Source: Neoconidiobolus thromboides FSU 785 | Taxonomy: Eukaryota > Fungi > Entomophthoromycota | Assembly (NCBI GenBank): GCA_025603075.1 | Contig: MU626367.1 | Coordinates: forward strand, 1 to 64,000 | DNA: 64,000 nucleotides | Direction: 5' to 3' | Program-made: the position numbers and the translations under genes | Shown: positions 25,337 through 38,034 of the stretch, in pieces | How the letters are laid out: each line of letters starts with the position of its first letter | Numbering within the stretch: the stretch's first letter is position 1 | The notes under the pieces: model-generated | Seen by the model: only the letters and a program-made list of their open reading frames with translations | What the model was told of the DNA's origin: nothing | The model's database searches: none

Positions 25337-26851
25337 ATGAAATCTTTATCTTTTCAACAAACTAAGAATGAAGATCCATTTTATACAACAAGAAAACATA
25401 AATATGCTTTTTATTTACATACTTTGGGTGTAAGTTTAATTATTCAACTTCACAATGATCTCAAAATTAACTCTCTAACTCTCTAGTTTCTTCCCTATGC
25501 CTTAACTGCCGTCCATGTTATCCCAAGTTTACTTGATAGTTTAATCACTGAAAACGGCTATCTAGCTGATGGTCTTACTCAATGTAATGGGAAAGATATA
25601 TGTTATTTAAAAATCAATACCTTAATGATTCCCAATACTTCAGCAGTATTATATATCAATGGAATTACAACAATATTTCAAGCTTTATTTTTGATTTTAT
25701 TTTCTGGGTTAGCAGATCATGGAAACTATCGAAGTTATTTTTTATTGGTATTTACAATATTAGGTAGTATAAGTTCCAGTATCATTGCATTAATTAATAG
25801 TTCTAACTATGTGGTATTGATTATATTGTGTATGTTAGCTAATGTATCAACAGTAATTGCATCTGCTTTCTTCTTATCTTATATTTCATTTTTTGCGAAT
25901 TTTGATCAAAGAGTAATGGAGTGTAATAGTGACAAAGAAGTTAAAAAGATTAAAGATTCAATAACAACAGAGTTATCAGCCAATCCATTTAGCTTAGCTA
26001 TGTTATTAACTTTTGGAATATCATTAACAAGTTCATTAATATCCTTAAATAACAATAATAGTATTTTTAGTTTACAATTAGGAGTTAGTCTTCCTGGGTT
26101 GTTTTGGTTAATATTAGGCTTGATATCTTACATTTATCTCCCTAAATACAAATTCCCATCAATACCAAATGATCAAAATATATTTACTTACTCTATAATA
26201 GAAATTTATAAAATTATTATAAATTTCAAACAATATAAAGATATTTGGTTGGGTTTAGTTTCTTGGTTTTTCTTATCTGACGGATTATCAACTGGAATAT
26301 CAACAGCAATTTTTGTTGGCCGTAGAGAGTTAGCAATTACTTCAAGTGATACTTTATTAATTAATGCTATTGGTCCTTTAGTTGAAGGTGTAGCAGTAAC
26401 AATATTATATTTTCTAAAAAAGTGGTTTCCAAAGCAACTCAATATTCTTAACCTAACAAATTATCTCTCATTATTTTCATTAATCTTTCCAATCTGGGGT
26501 TTATTTGGACTATATCTTTCTGTTGGAATCAAAAGCAAAGTAGAGTATTATATCTATTATTTATTTTTATTCTCCATTTATGCTACAATACAATGCTATC
26601 ATCGAGCTTTGTATTCTCAAATGTTACCCAAATCAAAAGATGCAATGTTTTTTGCTATTTATCTAATTTCTTATAAAGGGACTTCTTGGATTGGTTCAAT
26701 ATCTCTTGGGGCTATTGTTAATACTACAAATCAAATTAGATTAGGTTATTATTTAGTATTTGGACTTTTAGCAGCTGGGGTTATTTGTTTATTTTTTATT
26801 AAGTTGGAGAGAGCTACTAGGGTTCATAATTTGATATTGCAGACAGAGTAG
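25337..26851 (+). CDS. ATG22: Atg22-like MFS vacuolar amino-acid efflux transporter
   Basis: Exon 1 25337-25429 and intron 25430-25486 join the track ORF in frame; GLADHGNYR, WFFLSDG, FFAIYLISYKGTSWIG motifs; about 12 TM segments. Confidence 0.8.
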
Positions 26852-27822
26852 ATAGAGTTGAGTGATTAATAAAGTTGATTTTTTGGTTTTTAAACATAAC
26901 AAATTGACAATTGCTCATTTGAAATTTGAAATAAAAATGAGTAAAAAATATTAATAAGCAAATTTAAAAGTATTTTAAATTTCAGAACTATGATAAAAAA
27001 GGGAAGCTTTTATTTCTAGATTCATAATACCAATAAAAGGGTGAGTTGCCATCTTATTAATCTATTTTATTTGTCAAGTTTTAGCTCTCACCTACATTTA
27101 ACTATATACAAGAAATTAGTTGACTAATGTTAAAAATCAATATTCCCCCTATTTAGCACAATAATTACTTTATGTAAAATCATCATTACTTGGGATAATA
27201 TTCTATTTTGTTCTAAAAATTTAGATTATTAATTTCATTTTGTTGTTAAATGTTAATTTACATACGCTTACTTAATACAATAAAAATAAACGATGGGGTC
27301 CATTTTAAACATTAATAAAATGAATATTAAATATGAAAATATGAAAACTAAGTCGTAAAACGCATACATTAAACTCAATATAAATAAATAAAAACAAACA
27401 ATAACAAACTAGTCAACCCCTTTTAATTAAATATCTAACGAATTAGCCTAAACAAAAAAACAATCCTTAATTTCTATATTAATAAGAAATAATCCAAATG
27501 ACTTCATTTTTTAAATTAGCAAATTTTTACACTCGTATTGAAATATTCCTATTTAATTGGTTAAGTGTGAAATGATACTATCTTTGAATTCGCGCAATAA
27601 ATACGAAAAATTAAATTAAAAATTTCACTTTCGAAACTTTGGACTATAAATAGAAAGCACCACTATAAAGAGTAACTTGAAAAAGGTCTTTTTTTTCTAT
27701 ATTCTATATTTTAACTATTTAATATTTATTTTCAAATTTATCGACATTTATCTTCTCCATTTTATTTCGATTAAATAGTATAACAATTCAAACTCCAACT
27801 TCTCATTCATATAAATAAAACA

Positions 27823-28575
27823 ATGTTTACAGTTTTAAAACCACGTTCATTAAACCAATTAAAATATATCACTCATAGACTAACTAATACACGTCCAACC
27901 AGTAGTACAATTCCATTGAAACAATCAAATGAACCTTTTTTAGCATCCTGGAAAGCAGGGGGATTGTTATTAAGTGGAGGCTTAATTGGCGGAGAGGTTT
28001 ACCGACAATATCAATCTCCAGGTTCAGATATAAGTAACAAACTTCACTCCCATCCATGGACAACCGAACTTGAATCCAATACCTCATTTGATGATATAGG
28101 TGAAATGATAGTTGAAAGAATAGTTAAGGGGTTGATATCAGATGATCATATTACATTTAATTATTATTATAAAGATAATATTTTAGCTTTATTACCAAGG
28201 ATGTTTTTTAATAAAGAAAAAAAACAAGGTATTGAAGTTCATTATATTGGTACCAAAGCAGTAGATCATGATGATAGAATTCATCAAGGGATTTTAACTC
28301 ATATGTTAGATGAAGCCTTTTACAGAGTAGCAGTATTATCTACTAGTAATGGAAAAAATAGAAATATGTTTACTGTTAATTTAAGTACGGAGTTTAATGC
28401 GGAGGGAATGAAGGAATTACCAAATGCGGATACTTTTGTTAAATTTATAATTGATTATGAAGATAGTAAAAGTAAACCCTATAAAGCTGTATTATCTGCA
28501 AAGATATTTAATCAATTTGATGAATTAGTTGGAACTGCTGAATGTACTTATGTAATTCCTAAAGATAGACGTTAA
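27823..28575 (+). CDS. Mitochondrial hotdog-fold thioesterase (PaaI/THEM4-like)
   Basis: Presequence plus TM segment; IHQGILTHMLDEA (HGG...DE-type motif) and FTVNLSTEF strand. Confidence 0.7.
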   Translation: MFTVLKPRSLNQLKYITHRLTNTRPTSSTIPLKQSNEPFLASWKAGGLLLSGGLIGGEVYRQYQSPGSDISNKLHSHPWTTELESNTSFDDIGEMIVERIVKGLISDDHITFNYYYKDNILALLPRMFFNKEKKQGIEVHYIGTKAVDHDDRIHQGILTHMLDEAFYRVAVLSTSNGKNRNMFTVNLSTEFNAEGMKELPNADTFVKFIIDYEDSKSKPYKAVLSAKIFNQFDELVGTAECTYVIPKDRR

Positions 28576-28695
28576 TAATTGCCATTATTAATTATAATAA
28601 AATTATTTTTTCTTAAATAAATAAAATTTGATAGTTTAATAATGCATGCTTTCATTTAATAATACACAAATTTAAATAAGAATTATAGATATATA

Positions 28696-30239
28696 TTAAA
28701 ATGGATTACATTGACAAGCGATTGCCAACCAAATAAAGGACATAGAAGAGCCTATGGATAAACCTAAAGTTAATGTAAGTGCCATAAGGGATGCCATAGT
28801 AGGCCTTGATTCTACATTAGTTGTACTAGGGCCTAATATCATAGTCATAGTGCCTAAATAACCATTGGTCGTTGCGAACAATAACATCAAAGTGAAAAAT
28901 AGAACATCATTTCCCAAATAATGATTTGTTCCTAACTTAGTATTACTCCATAAAAATAAAGGTACAAAGAGAAATCTTAAGATAGAAGCAAGGAGTAAAT
29001 GCTTTGTATTGGTAATGAATAGAGTTGATATAGAAGGTAAATAACGACCTAATAAATCACCTAGATTGTAGATAATAAAGCCTATTTCAATAAAATAAAT
29101 CGATATAAAGGTGTCATTATTCGTTGATGTAATTGTGGTCGTAATAGCAGGAAATAAAGATAAGGTAACAATAAATGTAAGCAATAAACTTATTAAAAGC
29201 TTCCCGTTTTCATTAATTAAAACTTTACATTCATTAACTTTCTCTTTGATCAATTCTGAAAAACTTAGCTCATGATCATCTTTTAATTCCATTTTAATTA
29301 ACATAAACTGTGGATGTTTTCTTGAACCAAAAAAACAAACAAAGGTTAATAAACTTGTCATTACTGCTGTTAAAAAATAATAATAACCTTGGTTCAAAAT
29401 TAATTCTTCTGGTAATTGAATCAAATTCATTTGACCATGATAAGCAATCCCCAATTGAGCAATAGCTACCGCTAATCCTGCCAATGCTTGGCCCATTAAA
29501 CTAGCTTGTACATAATTACTACCAAAAGTAGAGGCTAAAGCGAGACCGTCACTATTTAAAAAAGAAGCACTTGAAATGGATAAAAAGAGTAAGAGGATTG
29601 ATATATAAAAATTAGTTTCAGGAAGGAAATTGGTTTGAGTAAATATTAACATGAAAATAAAACAGAGTGTTAAATAAAATATACTGGTCAAACTACGGGT
29701 ATATAATCTAGACTATTAATATATGAGTTAATTAAATATTAATGTTATTTATGCAAGGATGTGTTCATAAAAAAATACTTACCTTCCTTTGACTTCCTAA
29801 TGAATAAAATAAAAACAATAGATTAGTTGTTGACCCAATAACTGAAAACCAACCATTGAAATTGGTTTCATAGCGACTGTTTTTAAATTTATAAGAAAAG
29901 AAACTGGTAGCTGTGATGAAAACTAATCATAATTAAAAAGTATATTAATACCCAATTTCAATTGAAATCATTTAAAAAGAAATGATAAAAATATAATAAA
30001 AATAAACGGTAAAACCTACCATTCCAAGGTAACAACATAGCTACCCCTAACATGAAAAAAGTGATATAGAGTAAACAATATGGGTCATCAATACTTTGTT
30101 TGAGTTCAGATTCTCCAGATTCTATTAGTGCGTAACCACTTCCTTGTGCTCGACCATTTCCTTCTTCTCCTTCACTGTAGTTAACATATCGCTCATCCAT
30201 CAATGGTGTATTTAAATTTGATTTTATGTCTTGTGGCAT
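28696..30239 (-). CDS. Equilibrative nucleoside transporter (ENT/Fun26-like), 3 exons
   Basis: FFMLGVAMLLPWN|VFITA, GQALAG, VTLSLFP, YNLGDLLGR and ATTNGY motifs; two GT-AG introns restore the frame. Confidence 0.9.
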
Positions 30240-30564
30240 TAAGTTTGATAAAAAGATAAGATGGAGGAATTGATCAAATTATAATATAATCATTCTTTTT
30301 ATTAACGTTAGAAAAACTATGATAAGCTAAGTTGCTATTTTTGGTCAATTGACAGCTTTATTTTTTTTCAAAATAGCTTATTTTATTGCTAATTTCTGAG
30401 GATAATTTAATTTCAATATGGATCAAATTATTGGACAGTGGTAGTGATGACTTAATATAATGCAAATGGATAATGATTGAATATGAAATATTTGAAAAAT
30501 ATAAATATTGAAAAATATCAATGTAATTTAACATTAAAACAAAAACTAACAAAAATCTTAATAT

Positions 30565-30655
30565 GGACATGTCTTTTTTTAGATTCTACTACTCAGCTTT
30601 TCCACTCAATAGTGCTTAAAAACCAACAAAGTAATGAAGCTAAAAAAGATAGTTC
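30565..30655 (+). mobile_element. MITE copy 8 (degenerate)
   Basis: TTTTCCACTCAATAGTGCTTAAAAA...AAAGTAATGAAGCTAAAAA core; termini eroded. Confidence 0.65.
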
Positions 30656-30689
30656 AATACAAATTCTATTGTAGAAAAATATGCCTTGA

Positions 30690-30761
30690 AGGACCCACCG
30701 AGAATCGAACTCGGATTACAAGGATCAAAACCTTGGGTGCTAACCATTACACCATGGATCC
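30690..30761 (-). tRNA. tRNA-Gln (anticodon TTG), identical to the 21359-21430 copy
   Basis: Exact reverse complement of the first copy over 72 nt. Confidence 0.95.
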
Positions 30762-30824
30762 ATATTCTAAGGATTACCATTTGGTATTTTGGTTGTATAT
30801 AAATCTTAATTTAACTAATAAAAT

Positions 30825-30921
30825 GAGAATATATTTTTTTGTTTAGGAATTTTACTAACAATCTTTCCGCTCAAATAGCGCTTAAAAAACGTAAAAGTAG
30901 TGAAATCAAAAAAACATCCCC
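30825..30921 (+). mobile_element. MITE copy 9
   Basis: Core TTTACTAACAATCTTTCCGCTCAAATAGCGCTT, ends CATCCCC; TSD AAAT/AAAT. Confidence 0.9.
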
Positions 30922-31711
30922 AAATGTTTTATTATCATATTAACTATGTAGATGTTTGCTTTATATCTTTATGAAAATATTATTCCGATTTCAATAGTAT
31001 AATTTGAAAAACCGTTTGACTCTAAAATAAAAAATAAGTACTAAATAAAAGATTGATTCATTTAATAGTGTTAGGTGCTTATACTGTTTTAAAATCTAAT
31101 TAAATCTAACAATCTATACATAGACTGATACCTTTTGAAAAGATGGCTTAGATTAGACAAAAATATAAATACATTATCAATTTACTTGTCTATATTAAGT
31201 ATCTCAAAGTTTTTCTACCTTGAATTTCGCTAAATATTAGTATAAATCATTATCTGATTTCTGTTTTAATAAAAGCTATTAATATCTTGAATTATTACAA
31301 AATGACTTATTATTGAAGTTTAATAAATTTCCATAGTCTTATTTTAACAAATGAGAGCCATCTTTTATTATAGTAAAACGATGATTTATTATTCAATCAA
31401 GTTTATTTACTGGAAGATGTTAAAAGGTAGTGAAAACATTATTTGAATTATGGCCTTAATAACCAGACTCTTCAGTCTCTTTAATAAGTTTTAATTGTCA
31501 GCATTATAAGTGACTTTTATGGTTGCATTTCAAGAAAAGTAGCTTGTATTTCATTTTAATTTTAATTACCACATATTATGAAAATTATTGAGATTTTACG
31601 TAGAATATAAGTACAATGTGTTATATCAACATAAACTTGTAAAAAAGCCAGATTGTAAATGAAGGATTATAAAAATAGTAATAACAAAGAAAAGCTGGAT
31701 TCATATTTATT

Positions 31712-32669
31712 TTAGTTAAAAAAAGTTTGTTTAACATACTCTTTTATGGATACAAACTTAAAGCCAGGAAAAAAATGGTTGAAATTTCCAGCAAGATAAC
31801 AATAACCTTTTTCAATATCTCTCTTAAACAAATAAGATATTTGTGTCATTAACTCAGTATCCTTAGCATTAATAACGTCCTCGGCTTCCTCTAAGGTAAT
31901 TTTTTCAACTTCAAAAGGTTTATTACTAATTTCTGATATGTTTTTTAATACTTCATTTAAGCATGCATTTTCTCCAACGATATTAACAAATTTATTTTTT
32001 ACTCCTGGAAGGAAATAGGTATTTACAACACATTTAGCCACATCTTTTACACTAGTAATAGTCAGCTTTGTTTCCCCACTCCCAACAATTTTAGCTTTAT
32101 GGTTTGGAACATCAATACCAAATAATTCAGATAGTAAATGTTCCATAAGGAAACCATTATTATAATAAATATAATCTAAACCAGAACTTTCAAGGTGACT
32201 TCTAACTTCTTTTTTTGGTAAAGTGAATGGATTATCTACTCTAACAAATAAAAACTCAAACATCTAATTAATGTCAAATATACAACTTAACTTACCCTTC
32301 TACTTTAGCACCAAACTCAGAAGGTATGAATAATTTAACGTTGGCTTTAACAGAAGCATCAATCAAAGTAACGCTTGCTTTGACAAGGTCTGGAAGGCTT
32401 AAAGTTACTATTACTACATCAATGTCTATCAGCGCTTTTAAAACACTGTCTTGGTTATTATAATTCACTTCCACAATCTGTCCACCTTGCTTAATAAAGC
32501 TATCTTTCAATTCTTTTTTGGTATCGTTTTCACTAGAAGCTCGGGTTAAGATTGTTACTTTAAGATCTTTGTCTTTTAAGAATTCTTCCACGAGATAATG
32601 GCCCAGTTCTCCAGTTCCACCTGCAATTGCTATGTTTTGATAGTGTTTTGAGATGCTTGAGGTTGACAT
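31712..32669 (-). CDS. NmrA-like/isoflavone-reductase-like NAD(P)-binding protein
   Basis: IAIAGGTGELG Rossmann motif and FIPSEFG; 55-nt intron 32241-32295 joins the two track ORFs in frame. Confidence 0.9.
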
Positions 32670-33544
32670 AATGTTTCAAAGTTACAAATTACTGAGTTTA
32701 TGATTGCTATTTATATGTCAATTTCTTTCAAAAGTACCTTGTCATATTGAAATAATACTTTTATAAGTTTATGCAAACTAAGTTGCTTTCTATTTAAGGT
32801 ATAAAACTAAACAAATGTGATATTTAAATTCATCAAATGCTCAAATTATAACAAAATTATCAATCATTGCAAACTAAATATTTAGTTTTCTTTATTATTA
32901 TATTTTCTAATATATTTTTTAAACATTAAATTGAGTTTAGATCATATCATCGCTATATCAATATAAACCGAATCATAACATTTCATTTTTACATAGATAT
33001 TGATATTAATAAATAGCATAATAATAATAACTTTATAGAATGTTCAATTAGTAATGTGTTAAAAATTTAATGTATGATTGAAGATTAGACACAAAATGCA
33101 TTCAAAAATAAAATAGAAATTGATAGACTAAGAGATTGTCTTAATAAAAATGCTATCAACTTCAAATTCCATTATACGTTTTAAATAAAATCCTTGTTAA
33201 ATGATCAATATTTTTATCATAAATGAATTAAGTATATTAATGAAGGATTTTGAAATTTGTTTTAAACTTAATTATAAGATCATTTTAAGTAATCATAGCT
33301 TTTTGATTAAATACAGAGTTCATTACTGGTTACAGCATAATATATTTCCTATGCCTATGGACAAGATTATTTTAATGCGAAATACTTTGTTGCAATTTTG
33401 TACTTTTACAAACTTGGGTTTGCTCAAAAAATATATACACTTGGTTCATAAAGCCAAAATTTATTTTAAAGTAGTTTCTTGGCTACTCAAAGTTGAATGT
33501 ATTATACATTTATTTTCATACAACTAATTCAGTTAAAAACTAAG

Positions 33545-33900
33545 ATTATTATTTTTTTAAAGCTGTCAGATGGCACACATCTCCATGTCAGGCTCTGGAA
33601 TATGAACCGACAAGATCATCAACTTTTACAAAGACATAAAGCCTAAGTAAACCCTTCCCTTTTTAGAGACCGTGCTAACCATCATCAACCAACCTTATGA
33701 AGTTTTCAATGTTGTTAAACATTGTTACGAAATATACTAAACATGTGATCCTGTAAAGTACAGTCGATAAAGTTGATTAGATAAATCCAGTTTCAGTAGT
33801 AACTTTTCTTTTTAAAAGTTAAGTTGTGGGATTAACAATTCGATAGCTTTTGTTGCGTGAGTTGGTATTTTCTAAACATTTTGATTGGCTACCTTGGCTT
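33545..33900 (-). mobile_element. Possible decayed non-LTR retrotransposon RT fragment
   Basis: Minus strand gives LLLKLDLSNQLYRL (cf. LxLDxxKAFDRV) and about 68 codons later RA*HGD (cf. GxRQGD); many stops. Confidence 0.3.
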
Positions 33901-33924
33901 TAACTAAGTAATTTGGTTGGTTGT

Positions 33925-33995
33925 CTTAACTACGATTTTTTTGACTCAAATAGCGCTTAAAAAATAGAAAGTAATGAAATCAAAAAAACATCTCC
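33925..33995 (+). mobile_element. MITE copy 10 (partial)
   Basis: ACTCAAATAGCGCTTAAAAAATAGAAAGTAATGAAATCAAAAAAACATCTCC. Confidence 0.8.
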
Positions 33996-34329
33996 AAATG
34001 CTTTACAAATCCTTTAATTAGTTTCAGTTTTAGTAATACATAAATTTGTGATGGGATTAGGGCTCACTGATGTCTATTATAAGCATAATATTAGAACAGG
34101 CATTTCCTGGCTGTTTACAATATAGCATTTGAGCGTAAGGTTATGGGGATTGGGCAAGTCCATTTGTTAAAGTAGTCAGTATAGTTTACTTTATCACTGA
34201 AGGATTTAAGAAGTGGGCTAGTAAATACACGTTAAGCTAGGTTTAAACACCTATTTTGGACAGAACAGCTGCTTAATCTATATTAATTAGTCTCGCAGTG
34301 GTACATACATATATTAATATTAAACATAT

Positions 34330-34425
34330 GTGGATGTATTTTTATATTTAAGAGTTTTACTAACAATTTTTTCACTTAAATAGCGCTTAAAAGATGGAAA
34401 AAGTAATGAAGTCAAAAACATCTCC
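34330..34425 (+). mobile_element. MITE copy 11
   Basis: GTGGATGTATTTTT...ACATCTCC; TSD ATAT/ATAT. Confidence 0.93.
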
Positions 34426-35607
34426 ATATAAAGTTGAGTAGTTTGTTTGTCTAATGGATTTGTTATAATTATAAAATGCTTAAAATATGAAATATGAAAT
34501 AAAAATAAAACCTATTCGATTATAACTAACAAAAGCTACTATTGTATGTTACTTCAACTATCTTCTTATCAAACTATTGTTGTTTAAATGATTGGCTGAT
34601 ATTTAGATAGTTTTGTTAGTATAATTGGCAAAAGGCTGTAACTTGTAAAAATTTATACTCCTTAAACCTTTAATTGAAGTACAGTGAAATTAAAGATAAG
34701 GATAAGCGGAAATAAAGACTGGCTAAACATAAATGAGGTTTTCATCTATAAATTAAATGAAAAGTGAAGATGCTGTTGAAACAAAAAATATTTAATTTGC
34801 AATAGTATTGCACTGAAAAAATTCAAAATTCTCGATAAAGAATAAATTCTAATGATATCATTAGACAAAAACTATCAATAAAATTTCAAAACTTAATACA
34901 ACATTAGTATAACACTAACTATAATCTACAGTGATATAGAAATTTTAAGTAAGTTTGAGACTTATTAAAAGTATACATTGTTCATTTAAGCAAAAATGCA
35001 TCTTATTATCTATTTTAGTATAGTAAAAATTCGCTCTAAATTTAAAGTCGCTTTAAACAACGTAAACAAAAAACCTATTTCTATGGCAAACAAATAAACC
35101 TTAATATTTCCAAGACTCAAATAATCTCTATTAATGATGTTTCTTATTAAAAATCTGGTTTATTTTTATTGTTGTTTTGGTTTTTAAAATCTTTTTGAGG
35201 TTTTGTAGAATTATTGTCAGTTTCAGCAACTCAAAATTACAAAAAAGCTAGCTAAAGTTTTTCACAAAAGTCTTGAAGATAAAGATCCTTGAGAAAATTA
35301 GAACAAAACGGCTCCTAAATTGGAAAATAAAAATAAAAAAATGAATTTTCGGGTAGTAAATAAAGTATCTGGTAAGCAATATCTGATAGCCCTATATTGT
35401 TTTAACAGAGAAATAGTGGCTTATTTATTACTATATGTATTTAAAATTTTATTTCAATCAAACAATAGGTGATAAGTAGTGATAGTAACAATATGAGGGA
35501 TTGATAGTATATAATGGTGAAAAAAACACAACACAATTGCCAAAAAAACCAAGATAAAATAATTATTTATTGCTACTCTTTTATCATTTATCATCACTCT
35601 TAACAGA

Positions 35608-36070
35608 TGTGAAATATCGCTTTGTCAGTCCCATGGTTAGTTATAGCATAACAATCGCCTAAGCTGTTGTGTTCTCGAGTTCAGAGAAAATCAGTTCCAC
35701 GTTCTTAGTTTGATTTGCTATGAGAATTTCTAGCTCCATCCCAAAGAATATTATCTTCTCGTTTTGATATCTATACTTTTCAGAGTATAAAAGAGTTTAC
35801 AGAGTATAGTAGTTCGAGGCTTTTTAACTGAATTATTCCCTGATATCTCAAACATTTAATAAAGCCACTAAGTTTTCTTAGTAGTATTTTACGTAGATTT
35901 ACATTAGTATTGTCTATTCTATTTGTTTTACATAGTCTGTAGCCTACTACGTGCTATTCTTCACAATTCAAGTCTATCTTAGTCACATAAACTAAGACCT
36001 TTCGACTTATAGTGTAGTCAACCCAGCAATAGCTGTTCTTGACTCCAAGCACTGAATACCAGATTTCACA
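35608..36070 (+). mobile_element. Solo LTR copy A (463 bp)
   Basis: TGTGAAAT...ATTTCACA termini; internal TATAAAA and AATAAA; alignable over its full length to 50130-50596; no clear TSD (CAGA/CTTA). Confidence 0.8.
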
Positions 36071-36080
36071 CTTATTATAT

Positions 36081-36177
36081 GGTAATATTTTTTTGATTTC
36101 ATTATTTTTCCATTTTTTGAGCGCTATTTGAGTGGAAAAATTATTAGTAAAATTCTTAAATACAAAGAAACATCCCC
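36081..36177 (-). mobile_element. MITE copy 12
   Basis: Full core, ends CATCCCC; TSD ATAT/ATAT; 10 bp from the end of LTR A. Confidence 0.92.
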
Positions 36178-36962
36178 ATATATTGAGTTGTAATTTAATA
36201 CTTTAGATAAATATTTAAAACAAACTTCGCTTATTATTTTATCACTTTCTAGATATAAGAGACTAAATTTTAATACTAATATAGTTTATTTATTATAATA
36301 GTTTAAATTTGTCAAATCTTGTTTTGTTTTTGTTTTTATATTTTATTTAAAATCATATACAACTTTTATTATTTAATTTTTTAATAGTTTTATTAAATAT
36401 ATTTTTTTGAGTATTGATACAAAATTTACGTAATTTGTATAGCTTTTTTTCACTGTTTTTTTTGTTTTTGCTTTATTTATTATTATTACTATTAATTGCT
36501 TTTAAATAATTATATTAATTTCTACTTATATAAATCTAAAACTTCTATACTTATTGAAAAATATACCAAAGCTATAGTTGATGACAATGATGTTGGGTTT
36601 TATTTCTTGTTCCTTTTAAAGTACTAGTTTTATACATTATTTGATTAAGCTTATTATTATTATAAATATTATAAACTCTGGGCTATTATGAATAGTTTTC
36701 AAAATTAATTTGAATAAATCAAAATGTTTATATTATCTGCTTTTCCTTATACTATAATTCTAAAAAATGTTATTTCGATGTTTAGTTATAAAAGGTTGCA
36801 TTTTGTTTCTTATTTTATTTTAATAAAAAGTAAAGTAAAATAATCACATATATTATATATTTATTAACCATTTAACAAAGATATTTTTAATTACATACTT
36901 TATACTATTTTCATCAAATATTAAAAAATTAGTTATTAAAAAAAAAGAGATAACTAATAATA

Positions 36963-37059
36963 GGGGATGTATTTTTGTGTTTAAGAATTTTACTAATAAT
37001 TTTTCCACTCAAATAGCGCTTAAAAATAGAAAAAGTGATGAAGCCAAAAAAACATCCTC
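36963..37059 (+). mobile_element. MITE copy 13
   Basis: Near-consensus; TSD AATA/AATA. Confidence 0.95.
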
Positions 37060-38034
37060 AATAAATCTTTTAAATCTTTTTATTTTACTTTAAACTTTTT
37101 AAATTGAGACTAATTTTTAAGTAATTTTGAGGCCAATTTGGACATCCCCAAATGTTAGCTAGTCAAAAACAAAAGCCATGTTTTAATTTTAAATGGAGGC
37201 TAAAATGTATTTCAAGCATTAAAAGCTGATTTCTTAAGACTAAAACATGTTCTTTATGGCGAGACCTTACCATCTAAACCTTGGGTACTTGTTATTAATA
37301 GAATCTCTATCGAAACTGTTACTGGTAAAATTATCACTTGATAAATTCATTATCAATTGACTTATATTTATTTTAAAATTATATTCTATTTTAATTATAT
37401 TCTATTTTATGATTCAAAAATAAGACCATAACAATACAAACGATATAACAAATGGTTTTTATGTTATCTGATGTTCTTTTTATAATATACAACATTATAT
37501 TTTATAGCATTAATAGTTTTTAAGTCTTTATTTAAACCTTGTAACCAAATATAGAGTTTTCGTTGTTTCGATAATCTTCTAAGCTATCAAAGCAATGGAA
37601 AAAGCTTCTATATTAAGAATTAAGATAAACTCTGGTTATTGTAAATAAATAATTTAGTTATCTACTCTGAAAACTAACTTTATAAAAAGTTTAAGCTTAT
37701 ATTAATTCAAGTAATTCAAGTTATAAGGATATTTTTTTTAATATTATTTGAAACCGAAAATAACAACTGAAATGAGGTTAAAAAAACAACGAATTGAGCC
37801 AATAAAAAGTAAGTGAAAATCAAATTATTAGTTAAATAAAAATAAAAATCATTTTAAAAAAATAAACGTTAGTAAAAAAGAAGATAATGAAAATAAACAG
37901 AGGCAGTAATAAACTATAAGGAAATATCAACAATGAAATGGAAAAAATGAAAAGTAATAATTTGTTATTATTATTGTTTTTCATTTTCAATTCATCTATT
38001 TATTTATTCATTTGCATAACTTTTAATTAATATC

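Noticed and set aside
33201-33527. 108-aa ORF
   Set aside because: Composition matches random AT-rich DNA; no motifs.
35604-36074. TSD for solo LTR A
   Set aside because: Flanks CAGA/CTTA do not match at 4 or 5 bp, so none is claimed.
37190-37340. GG*NVFQALKA stretch as a LINE post-RT remnant
   Set aside because: Too short and weak to distinguish from chance.
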